A DNA stretch of 64,000 nt. It comes from Mobula hypostoma. Lineage: Eukaryota. The position numbers and the translations under genes are program-made. Location of the stretch: positions 34,598,001-34,662,000 of the forward strand of contig NC_086108.1 of assembly GCF_963921235.1 (NCBI RefSeq), read 5' to 3'. The notes under the pieces are model-generated. The model ran no database searches. It saw nothing but the letters and a program-made list of their open reading frames with translations, and had not been told where the DNA came from. This document shows, piece by piece, positions 50,095 to 62,674 of the stretch (the stretch's first letter is position 1; each line of letters starts with the position of its first letter).

Positions 50095-53000
50095 GCCCAC
50101 AACTACCCCTACACCTCCTCCCTCACTACCATTCAGGGTCCCAAACGGTCCTTCCAGGTGAGATGAAACATCACCTGTGAGTCTGCTGGGGTCATCTGCT
50201 GTGTCCAATGCTCCCGTTGTGGCCTGCTGTATATCAGTGAGTCGCAACATAGATTGGGAGACTGCTTCATCAAGCACCTTCGCTCCGATCACCTCAAAAA
50301 GCAGGATTTCCCGGTACCCACCCATTTCAATTTTATTTTTCATTCCCACTCCGACACGTCAGTCCATGGCCTCCTCTACTGCCACGATGAGACCACACTC
50401 AGGCTGCAGGAGCAAGGCCTTATATTCCATCTGGGTAGCCTCCATTCTGATGCCATGAACATCGACTCCTGGTAGTTGCCCTCCCTCTCCTTTACCATTC
50501 CCCATTCCTGTTTCCCTCCCTCTCCTTTACCATTCGCCATTCCTGTTTCCCTCTCTCACTTTACCATTCCCCATTCCTGTTTCCCTCTCTCACTTTACCA
50601 TTCCCCATTCCTGTTTCCCTCCCTCTCCTTTACCATTCCCCATTCCTGTTTCCCTCCCTCTCCTTTACCATTCCCCCCCTCTCCTTTACCATTCCCCATT
50701 CCTGTTTCCCTCTCTCACTTTACCATTCCCCATTCCTGTTTCCCTCTCTCACTTTACCGTTCCCCATTCCTGTTTCTCTCTCTCACTTTACCGTTCCCCA
50801 TTCCTGTTTCCCTCCCTCTCATTTACCATTCCCCATTCCTGTTTCCCTCCCTCTCCTTTACCATTCCCCATTCCTGTTTTCCTCCCTCTCCTTTACCATT
50901 CCCCATTCCTGTTTCCCTCTCTCACTTTACCATTCCCCATTCCTGTTTCCCTCCCTCTCCTTTACCATTCCCCGTTCCTGTTTCCCTCTCTCACTTTACC
51001 ATTCGCCATTCCTGTTTCCCTCCCTCTCCTTTACCATTCCCCATTCCTGTTTCCCTCCCTCTCCTTTACCATTCCCCATTCCTGTTTCCCTCCCTCTCCT
51101 TTACCATTCCCCATTCCTGTTTCCCTCTCTCACTTTACCATTCCCCATTCCTGTTTCCCTCCCTCTCCTTTACCATTCCCCATTCCTGTTTCCCTCTCTC
51201 ACTTTACCATTCCCCATTCCTGTTTCCCTCTCTCACTTTACCATTCCCCATTCCTGTTTCCCTCCCTCTCCTTTACCATTCCCCATTCCTGTTTCCCTCT
51301 CTGACGTTACCATTCCCATTCCTGTTTCCCTCTCTCACTTTACCATTCCCCATTCCTGTTTCCCTCTCCTTTACCATACCCCAATCCTATTTCCCTCTCT
51401 CACTTTACCATTCTCCATTCTTGTTCCCCTCTCTCACTTTACCATTCCCCGTTCCTGTTTCCCTCTCTCACTTTACCATTCCCCATTCCTGTTTCCCTCC
51501 CTCTCCTTTACCATTCCCCATTCCTGTTTCCCTCCCTCTCCTTTACCATTCCCTATTCCTGTTTCCCTCCCTCTCCTTTACCATTCCCCATTCCTGTTTC
51601 CCTCTCTCACTTTACCATTCCCCATTCCTGTTTCCCTCCCTCTCCTTTACCATTCCCCCCCTCTCCTTTACCATTCCCCATTCCTGTTTCTCTCTCTCAC
51701 TTTACTGTTCCCCATTCCTGTTTCCCTCCCTCTCCTTTACCATTCCCCATTCCTGTTTCCCTCTCTCACTTTACCATTCCCCGTTCCTGTTTCCCTCTCT
51801 CACTTTACCATTCCCCATTCCTGTTTCTCTCTCTCACTTTACCGTTCCCCATTCCTGTTTCCCTCTCCTTTACCATTCCCCATTCCTGTTTCCCTCCCTC
51901 TCCTTTACCATTCCCCATTCCTGTTTCCCTCTCTCACTTTACCATTCCCCATTCCTGTTTCTCTCTCTCACTTTACAGTTCCCCATTCCTGTTTCCCTCT
52001 CCTTTACCATTCCCCATTCCTGTTTCCCTCCCTCTCCTTTACCATTCCCCATTCCTGTTTCCCTCCCTCTCCTTTACCATTCCCCATTCCTGTTTCCCTC
52101 CCTCTCCTTTACCATTCCCCATTCCTGTTCCCCTCTCTCACTTTACCATTCCCCAATCCTGTTTCCCTCCCTCTCCTTTACCATTCCCCATTCCTGTTTC
52201 CCTCTCTCGCTTTACCATTCCCCATTCCTGTTTCCCTCTCTCACTTTACCATTCCCCAATCCTGTTTCCCTCCCTCTCCTTTACCATTCCCCATTCCTGT
52301 TTCCCTCTCTGACGTTACCATTCCCATTCCTGTTTCCCTCTCTCACTTTACCATTCCCCATGCCTGTTTCCCTCCCTCTCCTTTACCATTCCCCATTCCT
52401 GTTTCCCTCTCTCACTTTACCATTCCCCATTCCTGTTTCTCTCCCTCTCCTTTACCATTCCCCATTCCTGTTTCCCTCCCTCTTCTTTACCATTCCCCCC
52501 CTCTCCTTTACCATTCCCCATTCCTGCCATTCCTGTTTCCTCTCTGTTCTACCATTCGCCATTCCTGTTTCCCTCTCTCACTTTACCATTCCCCATTCCT
52601 GTTTGTCTCCCTCTCCTTTACCATTCCCCATTCCTGTTTCCCTCTCTCACTCTACCATTCCACATTCCTGTTCCCCTCTCTCACTTTATCATTTCCCATT
52701 CCTGTTCCCCTCTCTCACTTTACCATTCCCCATTCCTGTTTCCCTCTCGCACTTTACTATTCCCCATTCCTGTTTCCCTCCCTCTCCTTTACCATTCCCC
52801 ATTCCTGTTTCCCTCTCTCACTTTACCATTCCCCATTCCTGTTTCTCTCCCTCTCCTTTACCATTCCCCATTCCTGTTTCCCTCCCTCTTCTTTACCATT
52901 CCCCCCCTCTCCTTTACCATTCCCCATTCCTGTTTCCCTCTCTCACTTTACCATTCCCCATTCCTGTTTGTCTCCCTCTCCTTTACCATTCCCCATTCCT

Positions 53001-54515
53001 GTTTCCCTCTCTCACTCTACCATTCCACATTCCTGTTCCCCTCTCTCACTTTACCATTCCCCAATCCTGTTTCCCTCCCTCTCCTTTACCATTCCCCATT
53101 CCTGTTTCCCTCTCTCGCTTTACCATTCCCCATTCCTGTTTCCCTCTCTCACTTTACCATTCCCCAATCCTGTTTCCCTCCCTCTCCTTTACCATTCCCC
53201 ATTCCTGTTTCCCTCTCTGACGTTACCATTCCCATTCCTGTTTCCCTCTCTCACTTTACCATTCCCCATGCCTGTTTCCCTCCCTCTCCTTTACCATTCC
53301 CCATTCCTGTTTCCCTCTCTCACTTTACCATTCCCCATTCCTGTTTCTCTCCCTCTCCTTTACCATTCCCCATTCCTGTTTCCCTCCCTCTTCTTTACCA
53401 TTCCCCCCCTCTCCTTTACCATTCCCCATTCCTGTTTCCCTCTCTCACTTTACCATTCCCCATTCCTGTTTCTCTCTCTCACTTTACTGTTCCCCATTCC
53501 TGTTTCCCTCCCTCTCCTTTACCATTCGCCATTCCTGTTTCCCTCTCTCACTTTACCATTCCCCATTCCTGTTTGTCTCCCTCTCCTTTACCATTCCCCA
53601 TTCCTGTTTCCCTCTCTCACTCTACCATTCCACATTCCTGTTCCCCTCTCTCACTTTATCATTTCCCATTCCTGTTCCCCTCTCTCACTTTACCATTCCC
53701 CATTCCTGTTTCCCTCTCGCACTTTACTATTCCCCATTCCTGTTTCCCTCCCTCTCCTTTACCATTCCCCATTCCTGTTTCCCTCTCTCACTTTACCATT
53801 CCCCATTCCTGTTTCTCTCCCTCTCCTTTACCATTCCCCATTCCTGTTTCCCTCCCTCTTCTTTACCATTCCCCCCCTCTCCTTTACCATTCCCCATTCC
53901 TGTTTCCCTCTCTCACTTTACCATTCCCCATTCCTGTTTGTCTCCCTCTCCTTTACCATTCCCCATTCCTGTTTCCCTCTCTCACTCTACCATTCCACAT
54001 TCCTGTTCCCCTCTCTCACTTTATCATTTCCCATTCCTGTTCCCCTCTCTCACTTTACCATTCCCCATTCCTGTTTCCCTCTCGCACTTTACTATTCCCC
54101 ATTCCTGTTTCCCTCCCTCTCCTTTACCATTGCCCATTCCTGTTTCCCTCTCTCACCCTTTGTCCTTACCTGCTTCTAGTGCTCCTGCCCCTTCCCTTTT
54201 ATCCATGGTCTTTCACCCTCTCCTATCAGGTTCACCCTTTATCTTTTTCACCAATCAACTTCCCAGTTCTTTACTTCATCCCTCCCCTTCTCCAGGTTTC
54301 ACCTATCACCTACCACCTACCACCTTGTATTTCTTCTTCCCCAATCCCCTTCTCCTTACTCTGATCTCTCCTCTGCCTTTCTAGCCCCAATGAAGGGTCA
54401 CGGCCCAAAACATTGACTGTTGGATCTTTTCCATGGATACTGCCTGACCTGCTGAATTCCTCCAGCATTTTGTGTGTGTTGCTTTGTATTTCCATCTGCA
54501 GGTTTTCTCGTGTTT
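50095..54515 (+). mobile_element. Penelope-like element 3' portion (GIY-YIG remnant plus terminal repeat) expanded by an internal minisatellite
   Basis: 50100-50475: TIQGPKRSFQVR*NITCESAGVICCVQCSRCGLLYISESQHRLGDCFIKHLRS and HSDTSVHGLLYCHDETTLRLQEQGLIFHLGSLH. The element resumes at ~54150 and ends with a hammerhead relic and cagcattttgtgtgtgttgc. Confidence 0.88.
50476..54152. repeat. ~3.7-kb minisatellite of interleaved 35-bp and 34-bp units
   Basis: Units CCCTCCCTCTCCTTTACCATTCCCCATTCCTGTTT (35 bp) and CCCTCTCTCACTTTACCATTCCCCATTCCTGTTT (34 bp), about 105 copies. Confidence 0.97.
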
Positions 54516-55169
54516 GTGTCGCTCCATCCATTGTTTTTTTTTCACCTTTTTTTCCTCTCTCTTTGCTTGTCTCCTTGCTGTCCTCTTCTGCACTAGATAG
54601 CTGGCTTCATTGCAGCTATGGATGTAGACTGTGTGTCCACAGCTATATCTGGCTACCTGCATTTCCTACAACACTGCTTGATCTGTCTGGTGGGCAGAAA
54701 CTACTGGGTATTATAATCAATGCAATATGAAGTATTAGTAGGTTATTGCTCATTAATCTGCCAAGTCCTGGCAGCTGTGCGATATCTGCAATTCGATTTG
54801 ATTGTGGATATGTGAAATATGCAGAATGTGTTTGTTAAGGTGCTACTTATCTACTGTTTTCTGCTTTAACGTTTCCTGCCTCTACTTCATCACATTACAC
54901 ATCTATTTGCTGTTTGCTAAAACTATTTGTCATTTTAGCCCTTTGTCTGTCTACTTTGGCCACAGAATCTGTATTATTCTTAATCCAGGAGCCTTTGGGC
55001 ATTAACTTTGTAGCATCGTCGTGTTGATTCTTTATATTGTGAAAGTAATACAAAAGAAAAGTTGCAAAAATTGCATGAACAAACCTTAATTCTTCAACTC
55101 ATTGGGGAAAAGAAACTTACAGGATTTAGGAAGATTAATATGACCCTTGGAATTCCATATGGAGTAACT

Positions 55170-56950
55170 AGATACAAGAAATCTGAATCAAGTGATCAAG
55201 AGGTCCACCAGGCCAATTCCAGGGAGGAGAGGATTGAGAGATATCATCGGCAACCCAGCCTGGGGCGGCAAGGCCTCGGCTCTGCACACTTGCAACAATG
55301 GGAGAGTGCAAGTGCAAGGGTTAGGGATGACACGGTCCACGGTCCACGGAACCGTGAGGACAAAAGTCAGTTATCGAAGGCAGTGCAGTTGGGGTAACAG
55401 GGTGCCTGGACAAAATGGGATCTTCCCAAGTGCAAGATCAATTGGGCTGAGCTTTGGAGACTGGAGCCCTTCCGCATTTCTTTCCTCCTGCAGTCTGTGT
55501 ATGACACTCTCCCTGCACCATCACAGCTGCACACAAAGGGGCTGAGAGAGGACCCTAACTGCAAGCTTTGTGGTCAGCAGTGTTCACTGGCACATGTGCT
55601 ATCAGGATACAAAACAGTTTAACACAAGGACAGTATAGGTGGTGCCACGACAAGATTCGGCTGTCCCTGGTTGATACACTGGAATGGGAGAGGTGTAAAA
55701 GGAGACCGGCTGGCAGAGCGGCAAACAGGGCAGTCATTTTCATCAAGGAGACAGCCATGCCAGTCATATCAAAGAGGCCTAAATCCAATCTGCTGCAAAC
55801 TGCCAATTCCTGGGAGATTTGGGTCAATGTGGGGAGGAAGCTATCGTTCCCGGAAGTGGTGCAAACCACACTTCGACCAGACATCATACTGTGGTCCAGT
55901 GAATACAAGAGAATCATCCCGGTGGAGTCTGCAGTACCGTGGGAGGAAGGTTGTGAGACAGGGTTGCCAACTGTTCCATGTTAGCCAGGACATCCCGTAT
56001 ATTGGGCTAAATTGGTTTATCCCTTATGGGTCCACCCTTGTCCCGTATTTCCCCCGCTAAGGCAGAGTGTTCCTATTAAACCGTTCGTAAGCCGAAATGG
56101 TGTAAAGTGCAGAAGCAATTACCGTTAATTTATATGGGAAAAATTTTTGAGCATTCCCAGACCCAAAAAATAACCTACCAAATCATACCAATGACACATA
56201 AAACCTAAAATAACACTAACATATAGTAAAAGCAGGAATGATACGATAAATACATGGCCTATATAATGTAGAAATAATGTATGTACAGTGTATCAGAATC
56301 GGGAAGATTAAGCCAAAACCGATTTATAGAAAAAAATCAGCATGTACACATATGTGCACGTCACGTATGTGCACGTCATGTATGCACACGTCACGCCTGC
56401 GCACACAGGTGCCCGCGCAAGGCTTCATGGTGGTGTTTCTCGGGGTAAACACAAGTGTCGCGTATTTGACTGCTACTTTTGTCCCTTATTTGGGAGTGAG
56501 GAAGTTGGCAACCCTAATGTGAGGAGTCCCACTAAAGGAAAGCCGTGAAGTACCAGTCCTTAGTCCAGGAGTTCAGGGACAAAGGATGGCAGACGTGACT
56601 ATTCCCCATGGAGATTGGCTGTCGAGGGTTCCTGGCAAGGTCAACATGGAGGTTGCTGTCTGTGCTGGGCCTTGAAAAGAGCAAAAACCAAGCAGGTCAC
56701 AGGATGGGGGAGGAAGCAGGAGGAGCCTCTTGCTGGGTGTGGAGCAGGCGAGAGGAGTTGAGCTGGAAGTCAGGAGCAGATGGGCAGTGACTTGGCCACC
56801 ACTGCTGACCTGCCAACTGGAGAGTGTAGTGGCTAACTGTCGAGACATTCGATGAAGATTGGGCACCACCAGAAAACATCTGCTCCTGTCTGAAGGCTAC
56901 GTTGACTTCATCAGGTAACTAAAGAGAGCACCCCGGTGCATGAGCAAATG
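55170..56950 (+). mobile_element. HERO-type (R2-group, RLE endonuclease) non-LTR retrotransposon, 5'-truncated
   Basis: Fragments: LRDIIGNP..GRQGLGS, QGAWTKW..WAELWRLEPFRISFLLQSVYDTLP, CKLCG..SLAHVLSG (zinc knuckle), YRWCHDK, LRPDIILWS..VPWEEGC, KYQSLV..GW..FPMEIGCRGF, ASCWVWSRR. Confidence 0.85.
55959..56516 (+). mobile_element. hAT MITE (558 bp) carrying a Tigger end fragment, inserted in the HERO endonuclease domain
   Basis: ttgtgaga|CAGGGTTGCCAAC...GTTGGCAACCCTA|atgtgagg gives an 8-bp TSD with 2 mismatches. 56048-56305 matches the Tigger end at 8501-8990. Confidence 0.88.
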
Positions 56951-56952
56951 AG

Positions 56953-57300
56953 TAACGCACACAAAATGCTGGAGGAACTCAGCAGGTCATGCATCATTTT
57001 TGGAAATGAATATGTAGTCGACATTTCAAGCCGAGACAATTAATCAGGACTGGAAAGGAAGGGGGAAGAAGTCGTAATAGGAAGATGGGGGGGCAGGGGG
57101 GATAGGGGAAGGAGCATAAAAAAGAAAGTGATAGGTGAAGCCAGGTGAGGGGGAAGATGAATGGGGGAGGGGGCTGGTGAAAAACCAGGACGTGATGGGT
57201 GGAAAAGGCGAAGGGCTGAAGAAAGAGGTACGAAAGGAGAGTGGACCATGTGAGAAAAGGGAGGAGGGGATCCAGATGGAGGTGATAGATAGGTCAGGAA
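56953..57300 (-). mobile_element. Penelope-like terminal repeat with hammerhead relic
   Basis: Minus strand agtcCTGATTAattgtctcggcttGAAAtgtcgact; plus strand cacacaaaatgctggaggaactcagcaggtca. Confidence 0.8.
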
Positions 57301-57569
57301 AGCAATGGCTGATTAACACACTAATACAAAACAAACTCACAGGAGGTGTAGTCCATGTAAAGGACCAATGGGGGACAGTTACAATGCAATGCCACAAATA
57401 AATCAAAATAAAGGCATAGAAATTTGCTCTAATAGTGAATTGGTGTGAACATGATCAACTAAATGGCCCTTCTGTACTAGGATCCTACTATGAATTTTCA
57501 CCAAACCGCCTTTGCACTCAATTCTTGGGGACATATCCTGTGTGATACCTTAAAATAAATAAGTTTGAT

Positions 57570-57960
57570 GAATGGACAATCAGAAGTTAGAGGTGAACTG
57601 GTTGGATCTGTGCTACTTGGAAGAATGAGGAATAACTACATCCATCGTAAAGGGGGTATGACAGCGTAGATATTGGGATGTTTTCAGAAGTGGGAGAGCT
57701 TTGAATGAGGGGATGAGGCAAGAGGCCAGTCATTTAAAACCAAAATGTATAGAAAGTTCTTCCCACAGAGGGTGGTAAATCTCTTAAATTTTCTGCCCCT
57801 AAGAATTGTGGAGACCAGCTCGTTAGAAGTAATTAAAGTGGTGGCAGATATATTTTTAAAGGATCGGGGGATGGTGGGCTTTGGGGATCTGATACAGAGA
57901 ACAAGTTAAGAGTGGGTTAGATCAGTTATGATCATTTGAATGATAGGGCAAACTTGAGAT
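57570..57960 (+). mobile_element. CR1 3' fragment (old)
   Basis: ttcttcccacagagggtggtaaatctc...gatcagttatgatcatttgaatg. Confidence 0.55.
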
Positions 57961-59521
57961 GAAGACCCAGAGACATCAACTGTCCATTTCCTTCCAGAGA
58001 TGCTGCCTGACCTGCTGAGTTCTTCCAGCGTGTTGTGAGTGTCTTCTTTGCTTCTCCGGGTTCCAGCATCTGTAGTTTCTTGTGCATGCCCATTAAGAGA
58101 TTAGGTGGCCCATTTTTCTATTTTCTTGGGTTTCTCATGTTGGACATGACTAGTCCTCGTCCATATTTGGGGCATGGTTAAGAATGCATTCTGAGCATTT
58201 CATCCTGTGGTGAAAGAAAGATTCATGTTCTGAGTTTTGTGTGGTGGTGTTGGTAGTAGTTGTGTGGAGCAAAGAGCTTTGAAGAATTAAAATGCAACCA
58301 GTTTTCATTAGAGAGGGGATATGGTCCAGGATGTGAAGACTGGAAGATATAGATATGTCTATGAAGTTGGAGCATGTGATTTGACTGCTTTCACCAGAGT
58401 ACAGGAAATAAGCATAAAGTAAACTACAAAATGGTGGAAGCACTTGGGTCAGGTAGCATCTGTGGGAGGAGAAATGGATTTGAAATTTCAGGTCAAAGAG
58501 CTTACATCTAAACCAATGACTTGCATCATTGACCTGAGAAGTTTTTCTCTCCACAAAGGCAATCTGATCTTTCGAGTACCCCAGCATTACCTGTTTTTAT
58601 TTCAGGTTTCCAGCATCTGCAGCTTTGACTTTCAACCAAATTAATCAGCTTGTAGAGGGTTCAGAGATTGAAAAGAATTTCTTCCTCCTGTCCCCATGGT
58701 ATCAGAATATGCACCGTCGAGAAAGCAGCTGACTGAAGGAGTTGGTTAAGTATTGGTTGGCAAGTTATGAAGAAAAGTGTATGCACCAGAGATAAATTAC
58801 TCCACAGAAAATTGTGATTCATGGAAATATCAACTATTAGCATATCCAGTTAGGACTGAATAATGTAGATTGTTTCATATGACTGATGTTGATTTCTTGC
58901 TCAATTATCTTCAGGGTCACAGAGCAATTTCATAGAGCTTCATCTTTGTCAGTATTGCTTTTCTGGTTGTGTAGATGTCCCAGGAGAGGAAATTAACATC
59001 GAGAATGTCCATAAGTAAGCAGATTGTGCATGGTCTGTTAAAAGGAGCTGCATCTTTAAGCTAACTGGAAAATTTTGTCCCTTAGACCTTGAACTGCAAC
59101 TTTGCAAATAGATCTGCAAAGCAGTAGCCAAGTTGTGAAGGCACTACAAACAGCAATGCTGGAATAACCCAATATCACAAACTGACATGGTCCTTCAGTA
59201 TGGAGCCTTTCAAATGTCTTCTTCAGTTTCTGATAACTCCGCCTTTATCTGAACTGACCAGTAGTCTGGGTTACTGGCTCAGTACTTTTATTCTTCATTA
59301 GCATAACCCAACCTGCTTCTTTGTCACTCTCCCTCTGTGCCATTAATAATTCATCTCCATTGGCACTTTGGCCTAGATCTACAACAGATACACCCTTGCT
59401 CTATCCATTCCTGCCCGCCTTCCATCCAGTTTGAAACTAATGTTTTCATTCTTTGTCTCAGTTTTGATGAAGAGTCCTCAACCTTTGCTCTATGCAGATG
59501 TTGCCTGATCTCTCAGATCAT

Positions 59522-59865
59522 TTGTTATATGGTGTGTCTTACGGCATGGGCGACCATGGTCTTTCCATGATCATGATTGTCCTTGGCAATTTTTCCACAG
59601 AAGTGTTTTGCCATTGTCTTCTTCTGGGCAGTGCCTTTACAAGGCGGGTGACTCCAGCCAATATCAACACTCTTCAGAGTATTAGTGTTAGTGGTCGCAT
59701 AACCAGGACTTGTGATATGTACCAGCTGCTCAAATGACCATCCACCACCTGCTTCCATGGCTTCACGTGACCCTGCAGAGGGGCTAAGGGTGACCTGCAG
59801 GCTAGTGGAGGGAAAGAGCATCTTATACCTCCTTTGGTAGAGATATACCATCATACCACCACCCA
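59522..59865 (-). mobile_element. RTE/BovB-tailed retroposon (copy 2)
   Basis: Colinear with 1178-1575, with a short internal deletion. Confidence 0.75.
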
Positions 59866-60004
59866 GGATTTTCTGAGTACATCTTGCATTTGGTGTCCTT
59901 GTTTCAGATCTCCATTATCTACAGGTTTTGTTTATTTTCATCTGATATTCGGTGCTGGTGGTGTTAATTGAGGGATACATCTTGACCAGAATATTGCGAC
60001 CATT

Positions 60005-60530
60005 TCAAAGTTCAAAGTAAATTTATTGTCAAAGTGTGTATATGTCACCACATACTTGCTCAAGATTCACTTTCTTGCAGGGATCTGCAGGGAAAAAGAG
60101 AAATGCAATAGAATTTTACAAAAAAAACTGACAGAAGACTGACAAACACCAATATGCAAAAGAAGGCAAGTTAACGCAGGAAAGGTACTGCGAACATGCG
60201 TTGTAAAGAGTCTTTGAGTCTGTAGGTTGTAGCATGGTTTCGGAGTAGCACTGAAAGAAGTTAACTTTGCCAGTTCAAAAACTGGATGGTTGTAGAACTG
60301 TTCCTGAACCTGGTGGCTGGCATCTTAGGCTCCTGTACCTCCTGCCCAATGGTAGAAGCAAGAGGAGAGCATGGCCTGGATGGTGGGGGCATTTGATGAT
60401 GGATGCTGCTTTCTTGTGACAGCGCTGTATGTAAATGTACTCAATGGTGGAGTGGGCTCCACCTGTGATGGAATGGACTGTACTCACCCGCTTTCTGTAG
60501 TCCTTTATGCTCTTGAACATTGTCAGGTAG
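60005..60530 (-). mobile_element. Rex1/Babar-type LINE 3' fragment
   Basis: Minus ORF IEYIYIQRCHKKAASIIKCPHHPGHALLLLLPLGRRYRSLR; reverse tail ttcaaagttcaaagtaaatttatt. Confidence 0.8.
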
Positions 60531-61854
60531 TACACTCTCCACTGTGCATCTAGAGAAGACTGCATCTTTGGAATATGTCTCAGGATCCTCTCCCTCTTGA
60601 TGAGAATGCTCTGGCGTGATAAAAACAATGTTTATCTATCTGTCTGTCCTGCTCCCATAGGCCATGCATGTCTTCTCTGTGGGAAGCATTTGAAATATTT
60701 ATTTATATCATCTAAACGAGAAACAAACATAAAAGAATGCAGATGCTGGAATCTGGAGTAACTGGTGGATCTCAGCGGGTTGAGAAGTACATCCAACTCA
60801 GTTCTTCCGTAGATTGCTGCATGAAACAATTTGCATTCCTGTCGAAAAATAGAAGAGGGCATGGGTCTGTGGAGAATGTTTGAGGTTACATATTCCATCT
60901 CTAGTTCGGCATCCATTCTTGTAAAATAATATCTACATTATTAGACCAAAATAACATTTGTGTGTGATTTCTACCTCTGTCGTTGCCCACTGTTGTCATC
61001 TGAAAACCCAGTGATGTTAATCAACAGAGATCTAATGGGACCAGCAGCCAGGCTGAGGCTTGCCAACAGCTGTTTCTGTCAGTGTGAACTTGTCTCCTGA
61101 ACAATTTAGCAGAGGGCGAATAAAATCTGATCTGAACGCTTCTTAGGATAGCAGTGTGTTCTAGGGGAGAAAGTCTGAAGTTTAACTTTGCCTGGTTTAC
61201 AAGGATGGTCTTCGAAATATTTCCACAAATGCTTTCTAAAAATATTTCCAAAGCAGCTTTGAGCAAAAGTCATTCAAGTGTATTTGAGATCTGAGACTAA
61301 ATGAAGGTAGAGCACTATACTGATGGTCTTTCATAATGATTTAAAACCACAAAAAAAATTGTTTCCTAACATTTGTTTTGCAGTCCTTTAGATATAGGGG
61401 AAACAGTTTGCTGCACACATTTACTTAATGAAAATCAAGTCTTAGCTTACTGACAGAAGAAATTACATTTGATATTGTTTGTATTTCTTCACTGTGCCGT
61501 CAATCAGAGAATGGAGCTGAAAAGGTCCTGCACTCCTGCACAACAAACAGGTCAGACACGTAAAAAGGTGCATGGGATCTGAGGGAATTTGGATCCAGAA
61601 TTAGCTCAGCATCAGGAAGCAGAGACTGACAGGTATTTTTATGACAGCAGTACAAGGCTCTGCAAAGATTAGAGCTTAGACTCTTGCTTTCTGCAGTTTA
61701 TATTGATGAGGCAGAGTCAAATGTAGGGGACATGATGAAGAGGTTTGCAAAACTTAAAACAAGATTAAGTGCATAGCTGACAGGAAGGAGGAATACTTTT
61801 GATTGGTTATTTGGGCACAGAAAGGTGACAAATTAAATTTAATCTAAAAAGATG

Positions 61855-62642
61855 TTCAAAGTAAATTATCAGAGTACGTATATGTCACCATATATCACCC
61901 TGAGATTCATTTTCTTGTGGGCATTCACAGTATAACAGAGAAATATAATAGAATCAGTGGAAAAACTATACCCAAAGTTTGGCAAGCAATCATTGTGCAA
62001 AAGATAATGACAAATACAAAAAAAATTAGTAAATAAATAATAATGAGAACATGAGTTGTTGAGTCCTTGAAAGTGAGTTCATAGGTTGTTGAATCAGTTC
62101 AGTGTTGAGGTGAGAGAAGTTATCTACGCTGGTTAAGGAACCTGATGATTGAAGGGTAAAAAATCTTCTTGTACCTAGTAGCATGAGACCTAAACCTCCT
62201 CTACCTCTTCCCCAATGACAGTAGCAAGAAGAGAGCATTATGGTGGGGTTCTTGATAATGAATGCTGCTTTCTTCTGATAACACTCTTTATTTGCTCAAT
62301 GGTGGGGAAGGCTTTTCCTGTGATGAACCAGGCTGTATCTACTACTGAATATAGGCTTTTCTGTTCTTGGGAATTGGACATTGGACATTCGTAACAGTCC
62401 GTGATGCAACCAGTCAGGATACTCTCTACTATGCATCTATAGAAGTTTGTCAGGATGTTAGTTGATATGCTGAATCTGTACAAACTTCTAAGATAGAAGA
62501 GGTGCTGCCTATATAATGACACTTGCTGGTCCAAGTATGGATCCTCTGAAAAGGAAATGCCAAGGAATTTTAAGTTACTGACCCTCTCCACCTCTGATCC
62601 CCAAATGAGGAATGGCTCATGAACCTCCGGTTTCTTCCTCCT
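61855..62642 (-). mobile_element. Rex1/Babar-type LINE 3' fragment
   Basis: Minus ORF ERVSNLKFLGISFSED...FYLRSLYRF..ILTNFYRCIVESILTGCIT. Confidence 0.85.
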
Positions 62643-62674
62643 GAAAAAAAAGATTAAACCCTAATTTGAATACC

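Noticed and set aside
50476..54152. CRISPR-like array (35-bp periodicity)
   Set aside because: Head-to-tail tandem units with no unique spacers, no cas genes, and a vertebrate context.
50476..54384. 914-aa, 403-aa, 263-aa and 148-aa Pro/Ser/Phe/Leu-rich ORFs
   Set aside because: Translations of a stop-free pyrimidine-rich minisatellite that is open in multiple frames.
58975..59014. Candidate 40-nt exon (ttttctggttgtgtag|...|gtaagc; could read DVPGEEINIENVH)
   Set aside because: Splice signals are plausible, but I recognise no homology or partner exons, and such matches are expected by chance in 64 kb. It needs RNA-seq junction evidence.
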